Translations under genes and position numbers: made by a program
Notes under the pieces: generated by a model
What the model was told of the DNA's origin: nothing
The model's database searches: none
Seen by the model: the letters and a program-made list of their open reading frames with translations, nothing else
Shown: positions 1 to 9,889 of the stretch, piece after piece
Layout of the letters: each line of letters starts with the position of its first letter
How positions within the stretch are numbered: the stretch's first letter is position 1
Origin: a bacterium
GTDB taxonomy: Bacteria; Krumholzibacteriota; Krumholzibacteriia; LZORAL124-64-63
Length of the DNA stretch: 64,000 bases
NCBI GenBank assembly: GCA_031441465.1
Contig: JANOEP010000016.1
Location: 64,001-128,000, forward strand
Direction: 5' to 3'

Positions 1-294
1 GCGCACGGGCTCATCGACGAGTTCATGGACCGCGGCCGCATCCACGGCCCGGCCGGGCGCGAGCCGTCCAGTCCGGCCCAGGCCTGGCTGGAGCACATGG
101 CGCTGCTGCTGGTGCGCTCGCGCTGGGTGCAGCAGACCCCGGCGGCGCGCGAATCGCTGCGCACGCTGCTGAAACACGCGTCGGTCCCGATCCTCAAGTT
201 GGTCATGGATCACGAGCACCGGCTGGATCGCCGGCTCGCCGATTCGGAACTGCGGACCTACCTGACGCAGGTGCAGATCGCCCACGCCGCCTAG
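1..294 (+). CDS. 3' end of a hypothetical protein (truncated by window edge)
   Basis: Frame open from base 1 to TAG at 292-294 with GC3-rich codons; followed by a hairpin. No family recognised. Confidence 0.6.
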   Translation, partial: AHGLIDEFMDRGRIHGPAGREPSSPAQAWLEHMALLLVRSRWVQQTPAARESLRTLLKHASVPILKLVMDHEHRLDRRLADSELRTYLTQVQIAHAA

Positions 295-339
295 GCGACG
301 GCCGGCGGCGGACCTCACCGAGAATCTCCGGAAACTTCA

Positions 340-372
340 AGAGGCGGGACCCCCTGAACGGGTCCCGCCTCT
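340..372. terminator. Hairpin between convergent genes (probable bidirectional terminator)
   Basis: Perfect 13-bp stem AGAGGCGGGACCC / GGGTCCCGCCTCT with a 7-nt loop. Confidence 0.7.
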
Positions 373-404
373 GCTTCGAGGCTCTCAAACCTGCCGGTCG
401 CGGC

Positions 405-2942
405 TCAGCGCACCAACAGGCCCTTCTGGGTGCGCACGTCGCCGCCCGCCTCCAACCGGAAGACGTAGCCGCCGCTGCTCATGGCGCGGCCCTGGGCATC
501 GGTGCCGTCCCACACGGCGGCGTGCTCGCCCGCGGGCAGCTCGCCGTCGCTCAGGATCTTCACCAGATGGCCGCGCATGTCGTGGACCGACAGCCGGGCC
601 TGGCCGGCCGACGGCAGGTCGAAGCGGACCTCGGTGCGCGGGTTGAACGGGTTGGGCGCCACGGCGCGCAGGTTGGCCTGGCCGGCCTGCGGCAGGTCGC
701 CGGCATCGGTTCCCAGGGAACGCTGGAGACCCCAGATCTCGACTTCGTCGAGGTTCCAGCCCGAGTACAACCAACTGGAGTCGGTGGTCCCCATGGTCCA
801 GCGGACGTAGACCGTGGCGTGGCCGTCGGCCACCGCCGAGATGTCGTACTCGACGAGCGACCACGCGGCGTCGATGACCTCGGAGGTGTTCTGCCAGACC
901 GTGGTCCAACTGACGCCGTCGTTGCTGACGCGCAGCAGGGCGTGGTCGTACGCGGGCTGCTCGACGTTCAGCCAGCGCCGGAACTTCAGGGTGACCGCCG
1001 CCAGACCGCTGCAATCCAGGGCCTGGGTGGTGAGGTGGCGCTCGGGCAGGTTGTTGGCGTAATCGCCCGCGAGGTTGTAGCCGTAGACCGCGCCGCCGTT
1101 CCAGCCGCCGGTGGGGTCGTTCTCGCCGTGCTCGCCGCCGAGGCCGGTCGGCACGCCCCAGGCCCACTGGCCCTCGACGCTCCAGCCGGGGTTGGTGCTC
1201 ATGTCGAACCCGAAGACCAGCTCGGGGTGGCCGACCTGCAGGGACAGGGGCGCCGTCGCGTCGCCTTCGTGGTCGGTGGTGTTGGTGAACGACAGCGTGC
1301 CGGTGTGGATGCCGGTCGCCAGCGTGTTCGCCGCGGCGTTGAGCGAGACGGTGACGATGACGTCGCCGCCCGCGGGGATCGTGCCGCCGGCGTTGGCGAC
1401 GCTCACCCAGGCGGCGTCGGCCGCGACCAGGTAATTGACGGCGGTGTCGCCGGCGTTGGACAGCGTGTAGTCCTTGCTCGCGGGCGTGAACGGGCCGCCG
1501 ACCTCGCCCTGCGCGGACAGGCCGCTCGACGGTGCGACGCGCAGGCCGGACGCGTAAGGGGCCAGCAGGTCGAGCGTCTGCGCGCCGGTGCCCGAGGGGT
1601 CGAGCCAGTTGCTCAGGCGCGTGGCCGGGGTGCCGCCGCCGGTCCAGGAAACGGAGAGGCGACCGTACCAGTCGGCGAGATTGTTGCCGCAGGCGGCGTA
1701 GCCGCCGTGCAGCTGGCCCACGACGTGGTGGTTCTGGTCGAACAGCGGCGAGCCCGAGGAGCCGCCCTCGGTGGTGCCCACGTCCCAGTCCGCGACGCGC
1801 AGGTGGGTGCCGTTGCCGGGGGCGACGTCCTGCAGGTAGGTGGTCGTGGTCAGGGGGTCGTTCTCGAAGCTGATGCTCTTCTCGTCGGTGCTCGGGTGGT
1901 GGATGCCCGTAGCCGAGGTCGGGTTCTGGGTGCCGCGGTCCCAGCCCGCGTAGGCGACGTTCCAGGAGGCGTCGGGCACGGAGTTCAGCTCGACCAGCGT
2001 GAAGTCCGACGTGCTGGACTCGGCGCGGAAGGTGCTGCCGGTCAGGAACTGGGACAGCGAGCCGCCGCCGTGCTGGCCGCAGGCCGGGCTGTTGAAGTTC
2101 CAGTAGGTGACGAGTGTCGGCGCCTGCAAGGTGTGGATCCCGCAGTGGTAGGCCGTCATGAAGAAGGAGCGCTCGTCCTGGGCGGTGTTGTTGATCATGA
2201 AGCCGGAGCAGAACGTGCTGCCGCCGGTCGAGATCACGGCCACCGACTGGATGTCGTCGCGCCAGCCGTCGCCGTCGGGGCAGACGACGTCGATGTTGCA
2301 GGTGCCGGACTTGTCGACGAGGGTCTCGCCGAAGGTCTTGTAGCCCACGTTCACCGAGGTCAGCTCGAGTTCCAGGTCGGCCGCGGCCTTGGCCGCGATC
2401 TGCACCTCGACGACCATCTCGGCGCCGGGGACGATGGGCGTCCAGAGCTGGCCGTGGTCGCGGTTGTCGGCGGCGGTGAAGGCGATCGCCGGTTGCGACA
2501 GGTCGGCCGGGTAGATCAGCAGGCGGCCGTTCTCGGGCATGACGAAGCGCGTGAACCCGAGATTCAGCGACACGGCGCCGGGGCTGGAGATCCGCAGGCG
2601 CCACAGCCGGGTGCTCTCGCTCAGGACTTCCCAGGTGCCGTGGGTGTCGGGCGCGATGAAAGTCCGCTGGGGGATGGCGAAGCGGGGCGGTTCGCCGTCG
2701 CGTGCGCGGACGGCGTCCTCGGCCAGGGCCTGGTCGCGATCGACGGTGTCGGCCGCGAAGACCTCGACGCTCGCCAGGGGGCGCAGGCCGGTTGCCGCCG
2801 CGGGGCTGGCCGTGCGGTCGGCGGCCTCGGCGCTCAGGCTCAGGGCCGTCAGCAGGGCGAGCGCCAGCAACAGCGCCGGGACGGCGACGCGCAGCGCGTT
2901 GCGACTGCGCGCCACGACTTCGATTCCGACTTTGGTCATCAT
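405..2942 (-). CDS. Secreted lysyl-endopeptidase-like (S1) serine protease with propeptide, BACON-like domain, jelly-roll domain and C-terminal FlgD-Ig domain
   Basis: Signal peptide; KSGTCNIDVVCPDGDG resembles the mature N-terminus of Achromobacter protease I; triad motifs TAYHC, DFTLVEL, GGSSGSP; C-terminal PNPFNP...WDG. Start chosen after GAGG RBS (ATGs at 2948/2942/2939). Confidence 0.85.
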   Translation of the reverse strand: MMTKVGIEVVARSRNALRVAVPALLLALALLTALSLSAEAADRTASPAAATGLRPLASVEVFAADTVDRDQALAEDAVRARDGEPPRFAIPQRTFIAPDTHGTWEVLSESTRLWRLRISSPGAVSLNLGFTRFVMPENGRLLIYPADLSQPAIAFTAADNRDHGQLWTPIVPGAEMVVEVQIAAKAAADLELELTSVNVGYKTFGETLVDKSGTCNIDVVCPDGDGWRDDIQSVAVISTGGSTFCSGFMINNTAQDERSFFMTAYHCGIHTLQAPTLVTYWNFNSPACGQHGGGSLSQFLTGSTFRAESSTSDFTLVELNSVPDASWNVAYAGWDRGTQNPTSATGIHHPSTDEKSISFENDPLTTTTYLQDVAPGNGTHLRVADWDVGTTEGGSSGSPLFDQNHHVVGQLHGGYAACGNNLADWYGRLSVSWTGGGTPATRLSNWLDPSGTGAQTLDLLAPYASGLRVAPSSGLSAQGEVGGPFTPASKDYTLSNAGDTAVNYLVAADAAWVSVANAGGTIPAGGDVIVTVSLNAAANTLATGIHTGTLSFTNTTDHEGDATAPLSLQVGHPELVFGFDMSTNPGWSVEGQWAWGVPTGLGGEHGENDPTGGWNGGAVYGYNLAGDYANNLPERHLTTQALDCSGLAAVTLKFRRWLNVEQPAYDHALLRVSNDGVSWTTVWQNTSEVIDAAWSLVEYDISAVADGHATVYVRWTMGTTDSSWLYSGWNLDEVEIWGLQRSLGTDAGDLPQAGQANLRAVAPNPFNPRTEVRFDLPSAGQARLSVHDMRGHLVKILSDGELPAGEHAAVWDGTDAQGRAMSSGGYVFRLEAGGDVRTQKGLLVR

Positions 2943-3040
2943 TCCCATCCTCGCGGATCGGGTGTTTGGAGGCATGGGAACCAGTCCCATGGTCGATCTA
3001 CCGGAGGGAGGGGCGAGGACCCCAACGTCCACATCGTACA

Positions 3041-3070
3041 ATGATAGCTTAAAAAGCCGGATCAGTGCAA
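3041..3070 (-). promoter_or_regulatory. Putative sigma70 promoter of the protease gene
   Basis: Minus strand TTGCAC-18 nt-TATCAT in an AT-rich patch. Confidence 0.5.
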
Positions 3071-3111
3071 AAAAGAAGGCAGAATTAGTCGGAGATAAGG
3101 GTGGAGGCGCG

Positions 3112-3888
3112 TCAGCGCGCGCCTGCGCCCGTCAGGACCACGCGGACCGTGGACAGCAGGATGCGCAGATCCAGCGTCCAACCGGCCCTCGTGATGTAGA
3201 AAGTGTCCAGGCGCAGCTTGCGTTGGACCGAGCGCAGGTCATCGTCGTAGCCGTTGTTGACCTGGGCCAAGCCCGTGATGCCCGGCAGGGCGTCCAGGCG
3301 AGCCAGGTAGCCGGGGACCGTGGCCTCGTACTGGCGCACGAAGCACAGCCGCTCGGGCCGGGGGCCGATCAGGGTCATCTCGCCCTTCAGGACGTTCCAG
3401 AACTGGGGCACCTCGTCCAGACGCGTCTGGCGCAGGAAACGTCCGACCCGGGTGATGCGGGCGTCGCTGGCCTGAGCCAACTGGGGGCCGTTGCGCTCGG
3501 CGTCGGTCCGCATGGAACGCAGCTTCCAGATGCGGAACGGGCGGCCCGGGTAGATCACCTTGCGGCGTTCGCAACTCGTGTGGCCGGCGTTGCGGCGGCG
3601 CAGATTGCGGCCGATGCGGGTCTGGGAGTAGAAGACGGGGCCGCGCGAATCCACGAAGATCGCCAAGGCGATGATCGGCAGCAACACCGTGAACAGGGAC
3701 AGCGCGATCACCGATGCGGCGATATCGCCGGTGCGGCGCAGTCCGAGGTACAGCGGCGAGTGCCGGGGTTCGGCGCGGGGCGCCGTCCTCTCCAGGTCGT
3801 GAAAAAGGCGTGCTGTTTCATGACCGACGTTGTCGAGCGCCGTCGGCTGCAGCAGCGTGGCTTGAGCGTTGTCACTGAAATTGACCAT
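3112..3888 (-). CDS. Bacterial sugar transferase (polyprenyl-phosphate hexose-1-phosphate transferase family)
   Basis: Motifs GPVFYSQTRIG, WKLRSM, DARITRVGRFLRQTRLDEVPQFWNVLKGEMTLIGPRPE, PGITGLAQV. Start uncertain (3888 vs 3942). Confidence 0.9.
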   Translation of the reverse strand: MVNFSDNAQATLLQPTALDNVGHETARLFHDLERTAPRAEPRHSPLYLGLRRTGDIAASVIALSLFTVLLPIIALAIFVDSRGPVFYSQTRIGRNLRRRNAGHTSCERRKVIYPGRPFRIWKLRSMRTDAERNGPQLAQASDARITRVGRFLRQTRLDEVPQFWNVLKGEMTLIGPRPERLCFVRQYEATVPGYLARLDALPGITGLAQVNNGYDDDLRSVQRKLRLDTFYITRAGWTLDLRILLSTVRVVLTGAGAR

Positions 3889-3986
3889 GATGTTCGACTG
3901 AGTCCCTCTGATGTTCGATCCCACGTGGTGCTCTCGCACCATCTTCGTCAGGCTGATCGCTGCTTGATCATCCGTGAGAGTGCTCC

Positions 3987-4042
3987 ATTATAAAGGAGAC
4001 TTCTCAGGTAGTCTATAGCGACATCGATAAAAATCGATGTCG
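3987..4042 (-). promoter_or_regulatory. Putative sigma70 promoter plus upstream perfect palindrome
   Basis: Minus strand TAGACT-17 nt-TATAAT (4015..3987); palindrome CGACATCGAT-AAAA-ATCGATGTCG at 4019-4042. Confidence 0.5.
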
Positions 4043-4360
4043 AAAGCATGCGAATTCACAAATGGTAAGCTCATTCCCGGCCCCCCAGCCGAGAACAGGA
4101 TCACAATACCACGAACCGACCAAAGGTCAAGGCAATTTCCTGTTGAAAATACAACATCACGAAACATACCTGACCGGTTCCGGATTCTGTCATCAGTGGG
4201 CAAGTTCCTCCAGGAAGGCGGCGTCGACCCACCAAATGGCCGACCGGCCGTTGCCGGGGGCGTCTTCCAGTGGGCGACCAGGACGGCGCCGAGGATGCGC
4301 TTGACCCCGATCCTGCGACCTGTTCCCATGCGGGCATCCTATTGTCCGGGAGGTCGGAAC

Positions 4361-4828
4361 ATGTTCGAACGAAGGATCTCCACGTGCGGCGCCGCGGCCC
4401 TGTTGGCCGTGTTGCTGCTGTCCGGCTGCGCCGGCACGTCCCCCGATCTGCGCGGCTCCTGGGTCCTGGTGAGCGCCGGCGATCAGAAGTTCCCAGCGGT
4501 CGAGGCGCCCGGCCCAGAGGACATCGTCAAGATCCTGAACGACGACGCCTTCGCCACCACGGGTCGGGCCGCCGGCAAGTTCGACGGCGGCGCGGGCACC
4601 TGGTCCTACCGCGACGGCGTCTACACCGAGTGTGTCCGCGTCCACTCGAACGAGGCGATGATGGGTGAGAAGATCAGCTTCACCTGCCGCGTCGAGGGGG
4701 ACTTCTGGCACCACGCGGCGGACTTTGTGGCCAAGGGCCGTCGCTACGTCATCGACGAAGTGTGGCGCCGGCTCGCGCCCGAAACGTGCCAAGCCGTCCC
4801 GACCGAACCCGAGGGCGTGCCGGAGTGA
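4361..4828 (+). CDS. Lipoprotein, lipocalin-like beta-barrel of unknown function
   Basis: GGAGG RBS, lipobox LSGC, then GSWVLVS...GGAGTW...EVWRR pattern. Confidence 0.7.
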   Translation: MFERRISTCGAAALLAVLLLSGCAGTSPDLRGSWVLVSAGDQKFPAVEAPGPEDIVKILNDDAFATTGRAAGKFDGGAGTWSYRDGVYTECVRVHSNEAMMGEKISFTCRVEGDFWHHAADFVAKGRRYVIDEVWRRLAPETCQAVPTEPEGVPE

Positions 4829-4832
4829 CATC

Positions 4833-6068
4833 ATGACCACCTCCCGCCTCACCTGCACCGTCGTCGTGAAACCGGGCCGCGAGGACGCGGTGCCCGGGCG
4901 GCATCCCTGGATCTTCAAGGGTTCGATCGCCCGCGTGATGGGTTACCACGCGCCGGGCGATCCGTGCGCGTTCGTGACCGAGGACGGCGGCGCGCTGGGC
5001 TGGGGCTACGTCAACACGCGGTCGCTGCTGGCGGGGCGGATCGTGAGCCTCGAAGGGCCGGTGACGCACCGCCTGCTGCACGAGCGGCTGGGCGAGGCCG
5101 TCGCCGCGCGCGCGGCCCTGGGCCTGGGTGACGGCGGGCCCCTGGGAAACGGCGGCACCCCGAGCCGCCGGGGCGAGGAACAGACCGACTGCTATCGGTT
5201 GGTGAACTCCGAAGGGGACAGCCTGCCCGGACTGGTCATCGACCGCTACGGGACGGGCCTGGTCCTGCAGTTCCTGACCGCGGGCGCCGAGCGCTGGCGG
5301 CAGGAAGTGATCGCCGCGCTGACCGAGCACCTCGCCCCGACGTTCATCTACGAGCGCAGCGACTCGCGGACCCGCACCGACGAAGGGCTCGAGGCGGCGC
5401 GGGGGCTGCTGTCGGGCGCGTTGACCGATCCGGTGCTGGTGCGTGAGAACGGGCTGATCTACGAGACCTCGCCCGAGGCGGGTCACAAGACCGGCCTGTA
5501 CCTCGACCAGCGCGAGAACCGTGCGCTCGTCGGCGCCCTGGCGCGCGATCGCCGCGTGCTGAACTGCTTTGCCTACACCGGCGGCTTCTCGATGTCGGCG
5601 GCCGCCGGCGGCGCCGAGAACGTGGTGTCGGTGGACGCCTCGAAGTCGGCCTGCGCGGCGGCGGAGCGCAACCTGCGGCGCAACGGTTTCCCCGAAGCGG
5701 CCGGGTTGGTGCAACGCGAGGATGTGTTCCGTTTCCTGCGCCCGGGCCGTGATCGATACGACCTGGTGATCCTCGACCCGCCGAAGTTCGCCCGTTCGCA
5801 GCGCGAACTCGACGGGGCGGAGCGCGGCTACCGCGAGATCAACCGCCTGGGCGTCGACAAGCTGGCGCCGGGCGGGCTGCTGCTCACCTTCTCCTGCAGC
5901 CAGGCGATGAACCTGCTGCGCTTCCAGCAAGTGGCGCAGGAAGCCGTGCTCGCCGCAGGCCGCCGCGCCCGCGTGCTGCGCCGCCTATCAGGTGGCCCGG
6001 ATCACCCATGGATGCTGGGTCACCGCGAAGGTGAGTATCTCAAGGGCTTGCTGCTGCTCGTGAGCTGA
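4833..6068 (+). CDS. rlmI: Class I SAM-dependent rRNA methyltransferase, RlmI (23S m5C1962) family
   Basis: RHPWIF PUA start, RLVNSEGDSLPGLVIDRY, GHKTGLYLDQRENR, VLNCFAYTGGFS, DLVILDPPKF, FSCS, EGEYLKG. Confidence 0.9.
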   Translation: MTTSRLTCTVVVKPGREDAVPGRHPWIFKGSIARVMGYHAPGDPCAFVTEDGGALGWGYVNTRSLLAGRIVSLEGPVTHRLLHERLGEAVAARAALGLGDGGPLGNGGTPSRRGEEQTDCYRLVNSEGDSLPGLVIDRYGTGLVLQFLTAGAERWRQEVIAALTEHLAPTFIYERSDSRTRTDEGLEAARGLLSGALTDPVLVRENGLIYETSPEAGHKTGLYLDQRENRALVGALARDRRVLNCFAYTGGFSMSAAAGGAENVVSVDASKSACAAAERNLRRNGFPEAAGLVQREDVFRFLRPGRDRYDLVILDPPKFARSQRELDGAERGYREINRLGVDKLAPGGLLLTFSCSQAMNLLRFQQVAQEAVLAAGRRARVLRRLSGGPDHPWMLGHREGEYLKGLLLLVS

Positions 6069-6098
6069 AGTTCCGCTGTTCCCTGCCCACATCCATCT

Positions 6099-6246
6099 CG
6101 TCCCGGGTACACACACGCGTCCCGTCGGGGGTGTCTGCCGGGTTCCGGCGCCAGGTGGGCGCCGGAGGCCGACAGCCAAGCGATGCCGGGCACAGGATGT
6201 GCCCGGCGAGCGCCCCCCGACGGGACGCGTGTGTGTACCCGGGACG
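6099..6246. repeat. 148-bp element with perfect 33-bp terminal inverted repeats and two internal hairpins (MITE/REP-like)
   Basis: 6099-6131 CGTCCCGGGTACACACACGCGTCCCGTCGGGGG is the exact reverse complement of 6214-6246; internal stems at about 6143-6166 and 6185-6207. Confidence 0.8.
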
Positions 6247-6331
6247 TAGGCCGCACTTGGTCAGGCACCTTGCGGATGCTACACTTCAAATCTGCAAGAG
6301 CATGTCCAGGGCGACCGGAAGGGATGGGTTC

Positions 6332-7108
6332 ATGGCGGTAAAGGCATATCTGCGACCGAAGTCGGCCGCCGAGGCGCTGGCCTTGGTAGAGGGGGACGAG
6401 CGCGCTGCGCTGATCGGGGGCGGGGCCTATCTGCGGCTGGCAGCGCGTGGATACGAGACGGCAGTCGATCTGTGCGATGCTGGGCTCGACCGTGTGCGCG
6501 TCGAGGGCGGGATGCTGTGGATCGGGGCCATGGTGACCTACCGGCGGCTGGAGACCGATTCCGTGGTGAGGGACTGGTGCGGCGGGCTGCTGGGGCGCTG
6601 CGTGGAGAACATCGTCGGGGTGCAGGTGCGCAACATCGTGACCGTGGGCGGCACGGTGGCGGGACGCTATGCGTTCGCCAATTTGACCACGGCGTTGTTG
6701 GCGCTGGGGGCCGAGGTGGTGCTGGAGCGCGGCGGTCGCAAGCCGCTGGAACAGTTCCTGGCCGACAAGGCGCTGGTGCGCGACGTGCTGGTCGAGGTGG
6801 TGGTGCCGGCGAAGCCGCAGCGGGGCGCCTGGCGGGACCTGACGCGGGTGCGGACGGATTTCGCGGTGCTGAACGCGGCGGCGGTGAGGCGCGGCGCCGA
6901 ATGGCGCGTCGCGGTCGGCGCGCGTCCCGGGGTCGCAAGGCTGTCGTACGGGGCCGCGAAAGCGGCGGCGGCCGGCGACGCGCTCGGCGCCGGCGCGGCG
7001 GCGGCCGCGGAGTTGGACTTCGGCGACGACCTGCGCGCATCGGCCGCTTATCGCCGACGGGTCTGCAGCACGCTGGTCGCGCGCGCGGTCGAGGAGGTCC
7101 TGTCATGA
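6332..7108 (+). CDS. Xanthine dehydrogenase-family FAD-binding subunit (YgfM/CoxM-like)
   Basis: YLRPKS..EAL, IGGGAYL, IGAMVT, QVRNIVTVGG, DDLRASAAYRR. Confidence 0.85.
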   Translation: MAVKAYLRPKSAAEALALVEGDERAALIGGGAYLRLAARGYETAVDLCDAGLDRVRVEGGMLWIGAMVTYRRLETDSVVRDWCGGLLGRCVENIVGVQVRNIVTVGGTVAGRYAFANLTTALLALGAEVVLERGGRKPLEQFLADKALVRDVLVEVVVPAKPQRGAWRDLTRVRTDFAVLNAAAVRRGAEWRVAVGARPGVARLSYGAAKAAAAGDALGAGAAAAAELDFGDDLRASAAYRRRVCSTLVARAVEEVLS

Positions 7109-7557
7109 ACATCTCCCTGGAACTGAACGGGCGGCACGCGGACTGGGACGTCGAGCCCGGCGAAGCGCTGCTGGAAGCGCTGCGGCGCCACGGCGTGCTG
7201 AGCGTGAAGCGAGGCTGCGACACGGCCTCTTGCGGAACCTGCACCGTGCTGCTGGACGGGGCGCCGGTGCCGTCGTGCGCCGTGCCGGCGCCGCGCGCCG
7301 ACGGTCGTTCCGTGACCACGGTCGAGGGGCTGCCCGAGGAGACGGCGCGGCTGGGCGCCTGCCTGGCGGCCGAGGGGGCCGACCAGTGCGGCTTCTGCGC
7401 GCCCGGCCTGGTGGTCGCGGTGGTAGCGATGAGCCGCGAACTGGCCACTCCCGACGATGACGCGATCAACCACTACCTGGCCGGCAACCTCTGCCGTTGC
7501 GGCGGCTACGTCAGCCAGACCCGCGCGATCCGCCGCTACCTGGAGGAGGCGCGATGA
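7105..7557 (+). CDS. Xanthine dehydrogenase-family [2Fe-2S] subunit
   Basis: GCDTASCGTC...C and QCGFC...NLCRC; ATGA overlap with upstream gene; RBS GGAGG. Confidence 0.9.
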   Translation: MNISLELNGRHADWDVEPGEALLEALRRHGVLSVKRGCDTASCGTCTVLLDGAPVPSCAVPAPRADGRSVTTVEGLPEETARLGACLAAEGADQCGFCAPGLVVAVVAMSRELATPDDDAINHYLAGNLCRCGGYVSQTRAIRRYLEEAR

Positions 7558-9851
7558 ACGAAGTCGGCAAATCCCTGCCCAAGATCGACGCCCTGGGCCT
7601 GGTGCGCGGCACGCCCGCCTTCACCGACGACTTGGCGCCGCGCACATCGCTGTGCGTGGTGGCGGTGCGCAGCCCGCACGCCCACGCGCGCATCCTCTCG
7701 ATCGACGCGTCCGCGGCGCTGGCGCTGCCCGGAGTGCTGGCCGCGTTCACCTGGCAGGACGTGCCGCGCGTCGCGGTGACGCGCGCCGGCCAGGGCCACC
7801 CCGAGCCCTCGCCCCGCGACCGCTTCATCCTGGACGAGTACGTGCGCCACGTGGGCGACGAGGTCGCCATCGTCGCGGCCGAGACCGAGGAGCAGGCCCG
7901 CGAGGCGGCGCGCGCGGTGCGCGTGGAGTACGAGGTGCTCACGCCGGTGCTCGACTTCGAGACCGCCCTGGACAACCCCGTCGTGCTGCACCCCGAGCCC
8001 GAGATCCACGAGAACTTCCCGATCGGCTTCGAGCCCAAGCGCAACGTGGCCAGCGCCTACAGTATGCACGTCGGTGACGTGGACGCGGTCGTCGCGCGGT
8101 CGGAGGTCGTGCTGCGCCGGCGCTATTTCACGCAGGCCCAGCAGCACGTGGCGCTCGAACCGCACTGCGCCTGCACCTGGCTGGACGTGCACGGGCGGCT
8201 GAACGTGATGAGTTCGACGCAGACCCCGTGGCACGTGCGGCGCATCATGGCGCGCGCCCTGGAGCGCGAGGTGAAGGAGATCCGCGTCGTGAAGCCGCGC
8301 ATCGGCGGCGGCTTCGGCGGCAAGCAGATGCTCCACGGCGAGCTGTTCTGCGCGCTGGCGACCCTGCGCACGGGACGGCCCGCGAAGATGGTCTACACGC
8401 GGCGCGAGGTCTTCGAGGCCACCAACACGCGCCACCCGATGCGGTTGGACGTGACCCTGGGCTCGGATCGCGACGGCACGCTGCGCGCGATCGACCTGGA
8501 AGTGCTGTCCGACACCGGCGCCTACGGCGAGCACGCCCTGACGGTGTTCATGGTCGCGGGCGCCAAGACGCTGCCGCTGTACAACAAGGTCGAGGCGGTG
8601 CGCTTCGGCGGCCGCACGGTCTACACCAACCGCGTGCCCGGCGGCGCCTTCCGCGGCTACGGGGCGATCCAGGGCAACTTCGCCCTGGAGTCGGCCCTGG
8701 ACGAGCTGGCGGGCGAACTGGGGTTGGACCCGGTCGTCCTGCGCGAGAAGAACATGATCGCCGAGGGGGAGACCTCGCCCATCTTCGCCATCATGGGCGA
8801 GGGTACCGAGGGCGTGGAGATGATCGTCGAGAGCTGCAAGCTGCCCGAGTGCCTCCGCCGCGGCAAGGAACTGATCGGATGGGACGCCAAGGGCGCGCGC
8901 CGCGAGGTCGCGCCAGGCGTGTTCCGCGGCCTGGGCATGGCCCTGGCGATGCAGGGCTCGGGCATCCCGACCATCGACATGGCGGCCGCGACGCTCAAGC
9001 TCAACGACTTCGGCTCGTTCAACCTGCTGATCGGGGCGACGGACCTCGGCACCGGCAGCGACACGATCTTGGCGCAGATCGCGGCCGAGACGCTCGGCGT
9101 GCCGACCGGCGACATCATCGTCTACGCCTCGGACACCGACCGCACGCCCTTCGACACCGGCGCCTACGCCTCGAGCACGACCTACGTCACGGGGCACGCC
9201 GTGCGGACCGCGGCGCTGAAGATGCGCGAGGAGATCCTGGTCGAGGGGGCGCGGTCGCTGGGCTGCGCGCCGGCGTCGGCGACGTTCGACGGGCGCGAGG
9301 TGCGCGGGCCCGAAGGTGCGATCACGCTGCGGGACCTGTCGACGAAGCTGCTCTACAACGAGCACCAGAAGCAGTTGATGACCACCGGCAGCCACCTCTG
9401 CGAGAAGTCGCCACCGCCTTACATGGCGGCCTTCGCCGAGGTCGAGGTGGACACGGGCACCGGCGAGGTCAGGTTGATCGACTACGTGGCGGTGGTGGAC
9501 TGCGGCCAGGCCATCAACCCGAACCTGGCGCTGGTGCAGGTCGAGGGCGGGCTGGCGCAGGGGATCGGGATGGCGTTGTGGGAGGAGGTCGTGTACGGGC
9601 CGCAGGGCCACCTGCGGACGCGCGACCTGATGAGCTACAAGATCCCGGGGCGCGAGGACATCCCGTCGATCCGCGCCGAGCTGGTGGCGAGCCACGAGCC
9701 GAGCGGGCCCTACGGGGCCAAGAGCGTCGGGGAGATCGGGATCGACACGCCGCCGGCGGCGATCGCGAATGCGGTGGCGGCGGCGGTGGGCGCGCGGGTG
9801 CGGGATCTGCCGGTCACGCCGGAGAAGGTGCTCAACGCGCTCCCGGGCTAA
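7554..9851 (+). CDS. Xanthine dehydrogenase-family molybdopterin-binding subunit (XdhD-like)
   Basis: GGGFGGK, AFRGYG, DLGTG, YASSTT, QVEGG, GAKSVGE motifs; ATGA coupling. Confidence 0.9.
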   Translation: MNEVGKSLPKIDALGLVRGTPAFTDDLAPRTSLCVVAVRSPHAHARILSIDASAALALPGVLAAFTWQDVPRVAVTRAGQGHPEPSPRDRFILDEYVRHVGDEVAIVAAETEEQAREAARAVRVEYEVLTPVLDFETALDNPVVLHPEPEIHENFPIGFEPKRNVASAYSMHVGDVDAVVARSEVVLRRRYFTQAQQHVALEPHCACTWLDVHGRLNVMSSTQTPWHVRRIMARALEREVKEIRVVKPRIGGGFGGKQMLHGELFCALATLRTGRPAKMVYTRREVFEATNTRHPMRLDVTLGSDRDGTLRAIDLEVLSDTGAYGEHALTVFMVAGAKTLPLYNKVEAVRFGGRTVYTNRVPGGAFRGYGAIQGNFALESALDELAGELGLDPVVLREKNMIAEGETSPIFAIMGEGTEGVEMIVESCKLPECLRRGKELIGWDAKGARREVAPGVFRGLGMALAMQGSGIPTIDMAAATLKLNDFGSFNLLIGATDLGTGSDTILAQIAAETLGVPTGDIIVYASDTDRTPFDTGAYASSTTYVTGHAVRTAALKMREEILVEGARSLGCAPASATFDGREVRGPEGAITLRDLSTKLLYNEHQKQLMTTGSHLCEKSPPPYMAAFAEVEVDTGTGEVRLIDYVAVVDCGQAINPNLALVQVEGGLAQGIGMALWEEVVYGPQGHLRTRDLMSYKIPGREDIPSIRAELVASHEPSGPYGAKSVGEIGIDTPPAAIANAVAAAVGARVRDLPVTPEKVLNALPG

Positions 9852-9889
9852 CCCGCGGGCGCGGCGGCGCGGCGTCCCGCCGTCGGCCG

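Noticed and set aside
6069..6331. Moco or purine riboswitch upstream of the xdh operon
   Set aside because: No recognisable conserved riboswitch motifs; a perfect 33-bp inverted repeat fits a DNA element better. An Rfam scan would settle it.
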